Source: Geosiphon pyriformis uo1 (taxonomy: Eukaryota; Fungi; Glomeromycota). Taken from it: a stretch of 64,000 nucleotides of DNA. A model generated the notes under the pieces. The model had not been told where the DNA came from and did no database searches. It worked only from the letters and a program-made list of their open reading frames with translations. Below are positions 13,518 to 26,600 of this stretch, one piece after another; position 1 is the first letter of the stretch; each line of letters begins with the position of its first letter. The position numbers were made by a program, and so were the translations under genes. The DNA is taken from the NCBI GenBank assembly GCA_016748015.1, contig JAAOMT010000134.1, positions 1,556,757-1,620,756 on the forward strand. The letters run 5' to 3'.

Positions 13518-13900
13518 NNNNNNNNNNNNNNNNNNNNGAAAAATTTTCCAGTACCTCGAAACGTTTCAGAAGTTAGAAGCTTTTTAGGACTCGCATCTTA
13601 CTACCACCGCTTTGTAGAAAACTTTTCAAACATTGCCAAACCCCTTAATTACCTACTATCTAAAAATGTGAAGTTTGAATGGACTGAAGCACAACAAAAA
13701 GCTTTTGAGTACCTTAGACAAAAGCTCATTGAATCACCAATAATGATCTATTCAAATTTCAACAAGAAATTCATTTTGGCCACAGATGCCTCTGGAACTG
13801 GACTTGGAGCCATTCTGTCACAAAAAGATGATAATGGAAGAGAACGTGTAATCACTTATGCCAGCAGAAGTCTCAGTACGNNNNNNNNNNNNNNNNNNNN

Positions 13901-14231
13901 AAAGCACTTGAACATACAAACATTATACTCAAAAGACTCAACTAGAGTGTTTGACAAAACAACTATCCAACTATTAGAACCTTTCATTGGAAAAACCAAC
14001 ACTACATTCTATTCAAAAACAGTTTACAGAATTTTCAAAGCATTTGAAAACTGTCACAAATTATTGTTGGATCCAACCATGAACATAATAACAACCAACA
14101 GTATTGGACGACTTACCAACTCGCAATTTCAAGAATTACAACAACAAATTAATAACACAGTATTGAACCACTATAGTAACTTAGAATTTAATGAAGAAAT
14201 TAACTTCGATTTCGATGGAGTTCAATCTTGA
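13901..14231 (+). CDS. Element C ORF3, 3' part (5' part in gap)
   Basis: KHLNIQTLYS...VYRIF...IGRLTNSQFQEL...DFDGVQS-stop; the stop abuts the PPT (14230-14244). Confidence 0.75.
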
Positions 14232-14244
14232 AAGGAGGGGATAA

Positions 14245-15113
14245 TATTACGGTTTAAGAATTTAGCAAAAAAAATCATAAAAATAATACAAACTATTTAA
14301 TCATAATATAGCACAGTAATAATCTTAGAAAGATAATAATTAACATAGTAGCAAACACCATCTCGCGATACTGGCAAGCACCAGTTCACAATAGCAGCCA
14401 ACACCAACTGGTGATAGCAGCAAACACCAGGTTGAAATATCAAAAAGAAAGTATTTTCTTGTAGAACTACAAACATGTATATATACAGTAGTTTTAATAT
14501 TGGGAAATAATCAATCAAGTAATAAAAAAATCATAACTTATCAAGCAACAGATCCAATTTTATCCAACAAACTCCACTTTAAATCATACTTTCAAATTAA
14601 ATATCCCAAGAAACCTTTAAAAATCAAAAAGAAATGAAAAAGAATATTTAAAACGGAACTATTACAATCCAAAATATTAAAAAACTTACTTGTATTATTT
14701 ATTGAATGAAACTATCATTCATCAACTGAATCCCTTGGAAGAATAATCCTTGATCAAGATTATTCACGTTGTTACTAATTGATAAAAGCTTTATTGTGAG
14801 AATTAGAAAAGTGCTAAAGACCATTAACATTCTGTGTTTCTAGATTAGAGAAACACATCAGGCAATTGCAAAGATAGCCTCAGAGAAGACCCCAGACAGT
14901 GAGTAAATTTCAGTTCAGCCTCTGAGAAGGAGTACATAAACACACACAACAATCAAGAATTAAAGAATAACTTACATCACAACAGTAAAAAGAAAGCCTT
15001 TAGTGTAACAGTGACATTATCACACAAATAGAATTGAGGAATTCACGAAAGACTGATTGCAATTAAAGCGGGATATCAGCAATTAAATATAACAAGAAAA
15101 CCATCCCGTAACA
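14245..15113 (+). repeat. 3' LTR of C
   Basis: Follows PPT GAAAGGAGGGGATAA; ends CCGTAACA followed by the TSD. Confidence 0.95.
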
Positions 15114-15117
15114 ACAG

Positions 15118-18100
15118 CACTGATTTTTCCAGGGTCCAGTTTAATTCCATCTTTACTAATGATGTGACCAAGAAAAACCAAACTTGTTTTTCCAAAGTAG
15201 CATTTTTCAATGTTCAGTTTCAATCCTGCTTTCCGTAATTGTTGAAAGACTTTTCGCAGATGTTTTAAGTGTAATTCAAAAGATGATGAGTAAACATCAA
15301 TATCATTGAGATAAACAACTACTGATTTCCAAAGGAGGCCTTTGTAAACAACATCCATGGGTTTTTGAAATGTTGCTAGTGCATTGCATAATCCGAAAGG
15401 CATTACGTTGAACTCGTAATTTCCTCCTTGAGTGATAAATGCTGTTTTGGGATAATCTTTGGGATTCATGGCAACTTATTAGTATTCACTCTCTAAATCT
15501 AATGTCAAAAAGTATTTGAACTTCCCAAGAGCATTTAGCATGTTATCAATTTGGAGAAGAGGGTAGGCATCTCCAATAGTGACACTGTTAAATTGTTGAT
15601 AATCAACACAAAATTGTATCTTTCCATTTTTCTTTTTAACTAAGACCACAGGTGAGGCTCATGAACTCATTGATGGTTAAATAAGCCCATTGTTGAGCAT
15701 CCATTGTACTTCTTTGTAGATAAATTGGTGACTTTCTGAAGCAACTTGGTAGGCTTGCTGTCGCCTTGGTTTGGCATCTCCTGTGTAGATTTGATGTTAA
15801 ACCAAATCAGTTCTTCCTAAGTCATTGTTGTTTTTGGCAAAGATATCAGCAAATTCTGCAATTAGCTCTTTAAGCTGGTTTTGTTGTTGTGGTTCAAGTT
15901 GTCCCATGTTGATTCGAAATAGTTTTTCCATGACAACATAGTAGTTTTCAGAACTGGGATTTGGGTTGATTTTTGGTAGTAAATGTCCAATAATTTCAGA
16001 AAAATCAGGAACTGTTTGGAGTAATTCTTGTTAAAAGATGTTATTGTAAATGATTCTAATTTTTAAGTTATTTAATAAAACTATAGGATAATTGTTGGGA
16101 TTATAAAAAGTAACTTGAACTTTCTTTGTTCCTTCTGAAATATAAATGTTTGGAATCGAGATATTATGTTCCAAGCAAATTCATTCATTGGACTCAAAAA
16201 TTTGTTGGGTGGTTGTTGGCTTTGGGCAGGTATAGATTTCAGGATGTTTTCCAAAAGGTGAAATAGTGATTGGTTGGGGAAGATGTAAAATCTGGTGAGA
16301 CTCATTCTGTTTATTGAGAGCTATGTTTACTGGAACTGTAAATCATCTAGTTGAACCAAAACCTTGAGTTCCTTTTTCACTTTTTCCCAATTGTTCTCTT
16401 TAATTGACTAATTGTAAACCCAAAATGTTGATTAAGGGTAAATAAGTGGCTTGGGCAATTTTCTTGGCATGTTCAATCTTAAACAGCTTGTCAGTTTCAT
16501 TTTGGAGTATTACTGTTATATCACCAGTATATCCAGCATCAATTATTCCTCCTCTGACATTAATTCCTTTACTTGCTAGAGAGAACTGGGAGGCGATTTG
16601 AACCATTACTCCTGGCAGGATTTCAAGGGCAATTTTGAGGTTAATTTTTGTAAGAGATTTGGGTTTAAGAACAAGAGTATCCTTGTTTGGATATCTTAGG
16701 TCATATCCAGCATTAATTTCATGTGCTTTTTTGGGTTTTATTCCTTGTCCGTTGTTGTTGAAGTATTTAAATTGTAAGGCAGGCTGATTTTTAATAAGAT
16801 AGATAGGTGTTGTTTCAATTTCTTCTGTTGCTTCAAGTTCTCCAAATTCAATTTTGTTTTTATTGTTTTCACTGGGCAGGGAAATGCTAAAAGCATAGCA
16901 TTCAGGGCACCATTGCTTATCACAAGGCATTATGCATTCTTCACACAATTTAATGTTCATTTGCTCTAACCATTGAGCTTGAGCTTCTTTAATCAGATAA
17001 GTGTGACTTGTGATTTGATGGTACACTTCTACTTCATCTTCATAATCATATCCAGCTAATTCCAAAGTATATTCGATATATTCAGCTTCTTTTATTTGAC
17101 AAACATCTTCATTGGTAGTTTCATTAACCAATGCCATTGCTAGGTCAAAAATCATTTCAGCATCATGAGAGTAGTGATAGAGTTTGTTGAGAGCACTATT
17201 GTATACTGCATCAAAGGGTGTTTCTCTTTTGACTTTTTCTGAAATTGATAAAGCATATTGGCAGGTTTGATCACAGACTCCTCCATTCATTGCTACATTA
17301 ATCCAATTGCATTCTTCTGGTAGCATATCTCCACAAGTCAAACAAGGAGTGTTGTCCCATTTTCCATTTCTTTTTATTAGATGGCTTTATCGTTCTCTGT
17401 GGCAAGCTTTGCAGTAATAACAAGTATGATTTTCATATTCTTCTTCAGGTGAAATGCAGGCTCCTATTAAAGAGAGTTTCTTGTGACAGTCCTTGTATTT
17501 GAGTGAAATGTAAGGGTGTCATTTTTTTGGTTCTGGTTTAGAATATAGAATGTTTCATTCAGGGGTTTCTGGTTTCTCTGAATATGATTTTGTTGCAAAA
17601 TACGTTTGCTCAGTTTCTTCAGCCCAGTTAGATGTTGATTCAAGGGCCATAAATGTTTCAACTACAGGCTTTTTTTCTTTCTTTTCAAATTCAAAGACAG
17701 GGGCTTTCTTTGATCATTTGTTGAATGTACCACAAGTAGCAGATACTTGGGGAGGTTGTCCTTGATAGAAGAGTTGTAATTCTTGGGTTTCCCAGTCTAA
17801 TTTTGCATTGGCTTTTTGGAGCCAATCATTTCTGACAAGGGCTTGATACTGGGGTGCGTCCATTACAAGAACTTTGACTGAAATGGTGATTCCATCAAGA
17901 GTGAATGGAAAATTGTCAATTTCTTCTATGGGAGTCTTTTTCATGCCATCAGCAGTGATGATTACTGTCTGAGCTGGTCAGTTAACATTTTTCTTTAACT
18001 GTTGCATCAACTGGTAGATGATGATGCTTCTGGTAGATCCACTGTCTAGGATCAAGTAAATTGCCTTTCCTTCGACTTCTGCTTCAGTGTACATAGCAGT

Positions 18101-20152
18101 GATTGCTTTTTGTTTGTTGGTGGCTGCATTGCTGAGCAGAAATGGTGACTCATTTGCTTTAAACTCAAAAGGGAATATATCTGAAAGGTTGGCGTTTTCA
18201 GCAATTCTGGCTGGTGGGATTGTGGTAGAAGTATAGGAAGAGTTTTGTTGTTGTGCTGCAGCTCTACCTTCCAAGAGTGCAGTATGGTGAAAATCCTGTT
18301 TTTCTGGTATTGTTAAATAACTGGGTTGAGTGTAATAGTGGTTGGGTTTTGGTTGAGTGGAATTTCGGAAAACCAATTGGTTGTTCGAACTGATTCTATT
18401 GTTGTTTACTTGGTATTGGTTTTGTGGTGTAAATTGATTTTGTGTAATCAATCTTCGAGCAGGTACTTGATAATGTTGTGTGGGTGGTTGTTGATATTGC
18501 TGTTAGATTGGCTGTGGGACAGGCTAATAATAGTTATTTTGGTATTGGAGTCTTGGTAGATAGTAAGCTGGTGGTGATGGTTGATAATAAGATTGCTGTG
18601 GTGGAGGATAACATTGATTACTTCTATTTTGTTGGTCTCATTGTAGCTTTCTGCAATCTCTTTTTCAGTGGCCAGAAATTCCACAGTAATGGTAATTTTG
18701 AGGCTGGTTATTAGAGGGTGATGTGAAGATATTTTGATTTTGTCTTTGGAGTGGTTGATATTTTTGGAGTTGCTGTTGTTGTTGGTTGGTGAAATAGTTT
18801 TCAACTTTCTTCGTGAGTTGGTCAATTTTCTCTTCAGCTGCTAAGCTGGTTTCTCTAATGGCCAAGTTTACAAGTTTTGCATGATTGGCCTCTTCTATGG
18901 CCATTTCATATCTCTTTGCATGCTGTATAGCAGAGTTTAAATCTTCTGGGGCATGTGGGCAAACCTTTTTAATCAGTTTATCTTTTAGACTAGCAATAAA
19001 TTGATCCAAGATTTGAGCATTGGAATAATAATCATTAGTTTTAAGTTGGTGAATTTGTCTGAAAAGTTTGTTGAATTTCCCAATATAAGTCATAACAGAT
19101 TTAGAGGGTTCTTGTTTGATATTGTGAAAACAATTTCAAAGAGTAATGGAGATGTTGTTATCAGTAAATTGTTCTAAGAAGGCAGTTTTGAAAGCTGTCC
19201 AGTCATTAAAAGAAGTGATCAAGTTTTCAAACCATTCGCCTGCTGTTCCTTTAAGAAAATAAGGAATTGTTCTTAACATTCTGGCAGCATTCCATCCATT
19301 TGCATCTCCAGTTTTAATAACTTGGTCAAGCCATTCTTGGGGACTGGTCTCAATATCTTCTCCATTAAATTTGGGAATTTTTGCAATATAAGCTGTCATT
19401 TTGTCTTCTTCTTCGTTATCTATTAATTCACTTTCTTCTTCGGATTCTACTTCTTTTTCAATAAATTCAGAAACATTTTCTTTATTGGCTAATGTTTCAG
19501 AGTGTTTGCTTGTGTTTTCTGCTAAATAGTCAAGAAGATTGGTACTAGTTTGAAGGGTTTCTTGTTGTCTGGTGGGATTTCTGGATGATGTATAATCTTC
19601 TAGTCTTGAAAATCAATTTAAAAGTGAATTAGGAGTTTCTGCTTGTGCAAGTGAAGCTGGAAAAGGTGTAATAGTGAGTGGAAGTTTTGAACTGGTTCCT
19701 TGTTCAGGTGTTTGTAAGTGTTTGGTAGTTGTTTTTGGTAGTATTGGAGTATTTGGAGTGGTTTTTGAGTATTGCTTCAATTTTTGTTTGTCTTTGTTGC
19801 TTGTTTTTGTCTCTGATTCAAAGTCAAAAAAGTATTTAGACTGTACTGGGTATTTTTCTTCACAATACTCAATAATGTTAAAATTAAGTTCTTGGAAGTA
19901 GGTAGCAAGTGTTTCACTGTTCAGGTCTTCTGTTCCCAATTGTGAATAGTGCACTAAATTATTGTAGAGATTGCTTCTAATTTCTGAAATGTTATAGTTT
20001 CCAAAAAGATAATTGTTGATGCGGTTTTTAATGTATTGGTATACTGATTTCTTGACAACTTCAATTCCGTCTGGAATGTTGAATCTTTGCTTGCAGTGTG
20101 TGTAAATTGACTGGTAATACTCTAGAGTTGCTGTGTCTGGTGTGGTCGCCAC
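15118..20152 (-). pseudogene. Element B polyprotein: extension, Gag, PR, Cys-rich domain, dUTPase, RT
   Basis: GTG start 20152; capsid ATG 19399 (MTAYIAKIPKF); LILDSGS; AGYDL, GGIIDAGYTG, IAQ, GFGST; YEFNVMPFGLCNA; YLND (degenerate YxDD). Confidence 0.92.
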
Positions 20153-20179
20153 TTTAAATTTATTGTTGCTGTGTTATTT

Positions 20180-20195
20180 CCGTGAGAGAGCACCA
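20180..20195 (-). promoter_or_regulatory. Primer-binding site of B
   Basis: TGGTGCTCTCTCACGG lies 2 nt after the 5' LTR and is complementary to a tRNA 3' end (...GAGAGCACCA). tRNA species not identified. Confidence 0.88.
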
Positions 20196-20197
20196 AA

Positions 20198-21181
20198 TGT
20201 TACCAGAGGTTTTTGGTCTCTTTTTTTGAATGTTGTTAATGTTAATTCACTGTGAATTTACATTTTCAGGAAGTAGTTGAACCTCCAGTAACTGAATTTA
20301 TCTTCAAATTATTTCCTATAATTTGAACTGCTGGGCTTATAAGTGGAATGGCCAATTCTGTGCCAGTTGCTTTGTGTAGTTACATTGTAGTAAATGTTAA
20401 CTCTTTCCCAGGAATTGTTTGTCTGGAAGCTCACTAAAAATGTGTAGTTATTTTGCTGTGAAAGTCAACTCTTCTACAGAAATCTTGTCTGTAGGCTACC
20501 CTAATGATTATAATAAGAAAATAAAAGAAAAAAAATAAAAGAAATGTAAAAGAAATAGAATTCTGTTAAGAAAAATGTTTTCTATCCAGGTCTGGAGTCA
20601 CTAATAGTTTACTGAAATTGGTAGCTAATCAATTTCAAAATGTTAGTTGAGGAGTTTTTTTTTTCCAAGTGCAATATTTTAAAGAAATTGGTTTTTTAAA
20701 TTATTTGATATTTTATTTCTTTTTGTGTGTGTAGAAATGGTTCTAAGTGATAAATCTAAAGTAAGATATATTTTCTCAAAGAGAGAAGCTCTTCTTTTAT
20801 ACAACTTGTTATAACACTATTCTATAAATTTGAACTTTGCTCTTTTCTACAATTTTACTGAACTAAAGATACATTTCGGCAAACTACAAGTTATTTCTGC
20901 AAATTATTAGATATTTCGGTGAACTATTAATTATTTCGGCGAATTTCTACAAATTTTGGTGAACTTTTGAATGTTATATATTTCAAGATATTGCATGATT
21001 GATCATTGCAATTAGGTTACATCTGTGTTATGTACAAATTGGGTTATTAATTAAATGATAATTTCGGATATTTTGTTAATGTAATAAGAAATAATTTGAA
21101 ACAATAATATATGCTAATTAATGATAGGAATTATAAAGATAATTTCATGCTAAATAATATCTCTAATTTCGTCTGGTAACA
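20198..21181 (-). repeat. 5' LTR of B
   Basis: Direct repeat of 1900-2882; minus-strand TATAAAAG near 20794-20801; homologous to the LTRs of E. Confidence 0.95.
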
Positions 21182-21185
21182 TCAC

Positions 21186-24100
21186 CATGCATTGTAAAAC
21201 ATTTTGGACAACCAAAAAGGAAAGAAAAATGGGACAACCAACCTTGTCTTATTTGTGAAGAAACTCTCTTGGACAAAGGAATGTGGAACAACATTCTAGG
21301 GCAAAGAAAAATGTGCGACAAATTGTGTCAATACATGATCCTAATAAATGACTGGATAAGGAAAGAGACACCTATAGAAGTGGCCTGAAGAAGAGCAGTA
21401 CAATGTTTGAACAGTTGTCCACACAACAATGACAAGATATGAAGAATGGCACTCACCAAAATAGAAAGAGCATCACCTGAGAAGATCAGAGAAATTAAAA
21501 ACAACCTACCAAAACCAATAGAACTTGACTGAGACTTAGAACCAGTCATAAATTTATTGGAACTGGAAGAATTTCACAAACACTACCAACATTTAGCACC
21601 TACCAGAGAAGAGCAAAAACAATGGCTAGAACAATTAAATGCCAGATTGTGTCGTTTTTGTTTAATTCTTAGTGACTTTGAATATTGTAATAAGTGTGAC
21701 CTCATTTACAATCCACCACCACACATGATCTACACAATTCTAAAAGAAGAAGAACCAATCAGTAGCTGTACATTGGAATCGGAATCAGTTTTCAATCCCA
21801 ATTCAAACTCCAATAATGATGACAATGAAAACACCAGTTTCAGCTCCACTCAAAATGACAATAAAAATATCAATAATTCAGATTCCAATTCAAATCCCAA
21901 AATATATATTACACTTCCTAATCTATCTAAGGAGCAGAAACTCAAATGGTATAGTGACAATGATGAAGGTATTATGCTAGAATACATGCATGATATCAAT
22001 GCAGGGTTTGATCTGAAATATCCGGGAAAAGAAGTCATCAAATTGGAATCAAATTCATGCACATATATTGATCTCAAAATAGCTCTAGAAATTCTAGCAA
22101 CAACTATGGTTCAATTAACATCTAAGAGTAGTCTAGCAAAAAAGAGAATCAACATCAGAGGAGGAATAATTGACACAAGGTATGTGGAAAATATCATTGC
22201 TATGCTACAAAATAACTCTGAAAAGGCCTATATCATAGAGCCAAACAAAAAAATAGCACAAGCAATATTCCTACCTCTGGTGAAAATAGCTCAATTAGTG
22301 TTAGTGGGAAACAGAGAAGAATTAGGGATTACTGCTAAAAAGATACAGGAATTCAGATTAACGAGTAGAATAGACATACCAGCTAATATGGTGAAGGAAA
22401 AGGTTATTGACAAAGGAGAAATTATCTCAACCTGTCAATCAATTTCCATTCCACCATATGACCAGTATATGTTACATATAAAAAGAGAAGTAAAGAATCA
22501 GACTCAGTTGTTTAAAGCAAAAGCAACCATTTGCAAATCAGGAAAGATTGGACTCACTAATCTCTACATATCAGCCAAAAGCCCCAAAAACATTAAAATT
22601 CTTATCTACAACACAACTGAAAGTGTCATTGAAATACCAAAGGGAACTATTATTGGATATTTGACCACTGAAGTTGAGGATCAACCACCAAATCACATTC
22701 CAAACTTTCTGCAGCTTTGTGAATATGTTGACATCACATTACAAACAATATATAGACATAGCAAATATTACTTGCTCCAATCAGAACAATTGGAACAGAT
22801 AAACATGGGGAATCTAGATTTACTTCAATGGATGCAACTCAAGATATTACTCAACAATTTCAATAACATCTTTACTAGCAAAAATGAATTTGGCAAAACC
22901 AATATCATCAGGCATTAAATCAAGACTGGAGATGCAATGCCAATTAAACAAAGAGCATACAGAGTACTATCAGCTAGCCATGAGATTATTTGTCAAGAAA
23001 TCAACCAGATGCTTGACAATGGGCTAATTCAGCCATCAATAAGTTCATGATTGTCACCAGTAGTACTGGTCCATAAGAAGAATGGAAAAATCTGTTTTTG
23101 TGTAGACTATCGGAAACTGAATGGAGTAACAAAAGATGATAGTTATCCAACTCCAAAAATCCAAGAACTATTTGACACTTTTGGAGGAAATAAATGGTTC
23201 TCAACACTGGACTTAGATAGTGGTTACTGACAAGTAGCCATGGATCCAGCCAACAAGGAAAAAACAGCATTTACTACAAGAAAAAGAAATTTTGAGTTTG
23301 AAGTCATGCCATTTGGCTTGATGAATGTTTCAGCAACATTCCAATGGCTCATGGAAATTGTTTATACTGGATTACTATAGAAATCAGTAGTTGTATACTT
23401 GGATAACACCAATATGTTCTCAAAAACATTCGATGATCATCTGCATCATCTCCAACAAGTGTTTGAAAGGTTGAAAAGAGCAGGATTGAAACTAAATGCA
23501 ACCAAATATTTCTTTGGAAAAACTGAATTCAAGTTTTTGGGACATATAGTGAGCAAAGATAAAATCAAAACAGATCCAGACAAGATTGAAGTAGTTAAGA
23601 ACTTTCCAGTACCAACCAACTTGACAAAACTAAAAGCATTTTTAGGTTTTGCAGGCTATTATTGTCATTTTATCAAAGACTTTTTAAAACTGGCTCAGCC
23701 ACTTCACCATCTACAGACCAAAAATGTGAAATATAAATAGACCAAAGCTCAATAAGAAGTGTTTGACACATTAAGAAGAAAGTTTATCCAAGCTCCAGTA
23801 TTGATGTATCCAGATTACAGCAAACCATTCATAATCACCACTAATGCATCAGGTCAAGTATTGGGAGCAGTATTATCACAAAAAAAATTAGATGAAAGAA
23901 AACATCCAGTAGCTTACACCAGTAGAAGCTTAAGTCCAGCTGAGAAAAACTATGGAACTCCAGCACTAGAACACTTAGTTATCTATTGGGCTGTCATTAA
24001 ATGAAAGGAATACTTGAGTCAAAAGTTTGAAGTGTACACTGATCACAAAGAATTGACTTCAATTCAGAAACAAAAATTTGCAGACAATCACCATGCCAGA

Positions 24101-24199
24101 TAGAAAATAGAACTTTTACCATTTAATTATACAGTACATTATAAAAAGGGAAAAGACAATGGAAATGCCAATGGATTGTCATGAATGAGACAAATCTAA
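21186..24199 (+). pseudogene. Element A Cys-rich domain, dUTPase, dUTPase-like repeat, RT, RNase H
   Basis: LCRFCLILSDFEYCNKC; AGFDL, KSSLA, GGIID, IAQ; FCVDY, LDLDSGY, YLDN; ends ANGLS(R)MRQI-stop at 24197-24199. Confidence 0.92.
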
Positions 24200-24229
24200 A
24201 AACATTTCAACCCAAAAATATAACAAAAG

Positions 24230-24654
24230 ATGAATACACAAAAATATCAACAACTCTAGCATTATATAAATACTTAATTGTTTAAGGAAAAATTATCTTA
24301 AAAAAAACAAAACAACATAAAACAGCAATCAAAATATTTTATCAATCATTAAAATATATTTTACTGGAAAAACAGAAGAAATCCAGACCAACCAACCAAA
24401 ATAATTACAGAATCAGAAAAAGAAACAATATTGTTTAACATGCACTCAGATCCAACAGCAGAACATTTTCATAAAGAAGCAACCATAAAAAGAACCAGAA
24501 GAAGATACTATTGGCTATCAATGTATCCAGACATTATCCAATATGTTTAAAATTGTGATGCTTGTCAAAAAAGAGAAGGAACAAAATCTAGCAAACCATT
24601 AAAATCAATCAAAGTGAGACAACTATTCAATCACATTGGAATCGACTTAGTTGG
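24230..24654 (+). pseudogene. Element A integrase, N-terminal part (continues at 44111-45062)
   Basis: Own ATG 24230 (MNTQKYQQL); H..AEHF..YYW..CDACQ; GIDLVG cut by D. Confidence 0.88.
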
Positions 24655-25485
24655 TGTTATAGGTGACTATTTCTGGTGTTGGATTAAATAACAAACCCAT
24701 AACTTGGTGCTCAAATCTAGTTGCAGTTGATAATGATCTGAAGGTTTGTGTCTGAAGGTTGTATTTGAAGGATTTGGTTGAGTTTTTTGTATAATAAACA
24801 AAGATTCAATGGTAATAGTTTTATCCATAGCTTTTCAAAACCACAGTTTTATCAATTTATTTCTCAGCTTGATGGCCAGTATTCCTTCTGGTAAGCTATC
24901 CTCAATCAAGTGTTTTACCCTTATTTCTGGGTCTTTTACCAGTCACGTTTATCCTAACATTAGTATCCCACACATTAATCCTTAATAGAGTTAGTAAACA
25001 ATAATAAAATCAAAGCAAGAAAATAAAAAAAATAAAATAAAATAAAAAAAGAAAAAAAATAAGCCAAGGCGATTTGCAAGTTAGTATTCCGTCAATAGCC
25101 ATGATCAAGAGCTATTGTTCCAGTGAGGTTAAGTATCAATTACTATCAACATAAAGTGTTGATAATAACAGCAAGTTTGAGATAACAAACAGTTATTTAT
25201 TTGTGGTTTGAAAAGTTGTTTAGATAAAATCTAAACTGAGAGGTCTGTCTTTTTAGCTTCTATTCTTACTGCTATATATACATAATTGAGATTCCTCAAT
25301 TCCTTAATTCTTGACAACAGGAATCCTGGGATTCCTGGAATTCTGCAATTTTTTGTGAGAATCCTATAATTCCTGGAATTCTGCAATTTCTAAGAGGAAT
25401 CCTGGAATTCCACATTTTACTATGTCTACTTCTGATTGGTTAATAACTATGCTAATATATATTCCCTATATTTCTATGAATAATA
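24655..25485 (-). repeat. 3' LTR of D
   Basis: Direct repeat of 43236-44106; PPT (minus-strand AAAAAGAGGGAATAA) at 25486-25500. Confidence 0.94.
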
Positions 25486-25498
25486 TTATTCCCTCTTT

Positions 25499-25731
25499 TT
25501 AATATTGAACTCCATTGAAATTTAACTCTGTTACTTCCCCTTTTTGAAGTATTTTCTGAATTTCAGTTTCGAGAATTACTTGTGTTATTTGAGTCTATAA
25601 TTCTTCAAATTAAGTGTTGGTAATTTTTCCTAATTAATTACTGGTAACCGTATTCATTGCTTTATTGAGTAAGATTTTTGGTTGATCCTGAAATGCTGTG
25701 TGTATTTGGTATATGGCTCGGGCCTATGTAA
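25499..25731 (-). pseudogene. Element D ORF3, 3' part (5' part at 35081-35481)
   Basis: ARAIYQIH...PKILLN...LGKITNT.FEEL...LNFNGVQY-stop; joins KNNLST across E. Confidence 0.8.
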
Positions 25732-26555
25732 TGTTACCAGTAGAATTTTAGCTATTAATTAGCATGAAATTACTCTTATAATTCCTATAAGAAATTCGCC
25801 GAAATTTACAGAAATTTACCGAAATTATGAATAGTTCACCCAAATTAATCAATAGTTCAGTGAAATAACTTGTAGTTCATCAAAATGTATCTTTAGTTTA
25901 CCGAAATTTGAGCAAAGAGAAAAAGTGCAAGTTCATAGACTAGTACTACAACAAGTTGTATAAAAGAAGAGCTTTTCTCTTCTGAAAAATATATCTTACT
26001 TTAGATTTATCACTTTGAACCATTCCTACACACACAAAAAAAAATAAATATCAAATAATTTGAAAAACCAATTTCTTTAATTATTGCACTTGAAAAATCT
26101 TCAAACCCAACTAACGTTTTGAAATTGATTAGCTACCAATTTCAATATCTGTTAGTGACTCCAGGCTTGAATAGAAAACGCTTCCCTTGATAAAATTCTA
26201 TTTCTTTTACATTTCTTTTATTTTTCTTTTCTTTTCTTATTACAATCATTAGGGTAGCCTACAGACGAGATTCCTGTAGAAAAGTTGACTTTCACAGCAA
26301 AGTAATTACATATTTTTAGTGAGCTTCCAGACGAGCAATTCCTGAGAAAGAGTTGACATTTACTACAACATAACTACATAAAGTAACTGACAAGGAATTG
26401 ACCATTCTACATATAAGCCCAGCAGTTCAAATTATAGGAAATAATTTGAGGATAAATTCAGTTATTGGAGGTTCAACTACTTCTAAAAAACGTGAATTTG
26501 CAACCAATAGACATTTACAAGATTCAAGAAAAGAGACCAAAAACCTCCGGTAACA
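25732..26555 (+). repeat. 5' LTR of E (U3 shorter than in its 3' LTR)
   Basis: Repeat of 34121-35080; TATAAAAG at 25959-25966. Confidence 0.94.
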
Positions 26556-26557
26556 TT

Positions 26558-26573
26558 TGGTGCTCTTTCACAA
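26558..26573 (+). promoter_or_regulatory. Primer-binding site of E
   Basis: TGGTGCTCTTTCAC lies 2 nt after the LTR end; differs from the PBS of B only by transitions. Confidence 0.85.
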
Positions 26574-26600
26574 AAATAACACAGCAACAACAAATTCAAA

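Larger units (their letters stand above)
5740..15113 (+). mobile_element. Ty3/Gypsy LTR retrotransposon C (least decayed copy; assembly gaps inside)
   Basis: Starts TGTTACAG and ends CCGTAACA; TSD ACAG at 5736-5739 and 15114-15117; inserted in the RT region of B. Confidence 0.95.
1900..21181 (-). mobile_element. Ty3/Gypsy LTR retrotransposon B (full length, interrupted by C)
   Basis: Paired LTRs of about 983 bp with TGTTA...TAACA ends; TSD TCAC at 1896-1899 and 21182-21185; PBS and PPT present. Confidence 0.96.

Noticed and set aside
13538-13880. RT-thumb/RNase H segment after integrase in C, suggesting IN-RH order or a second RNase H; ORF 13668-14231 appears fused to ORF3
   Set aside because: It is flanked by N gaps and overlaps 11834-11928 exactly; it is the misplaced fill for the 11741-11833 gap.
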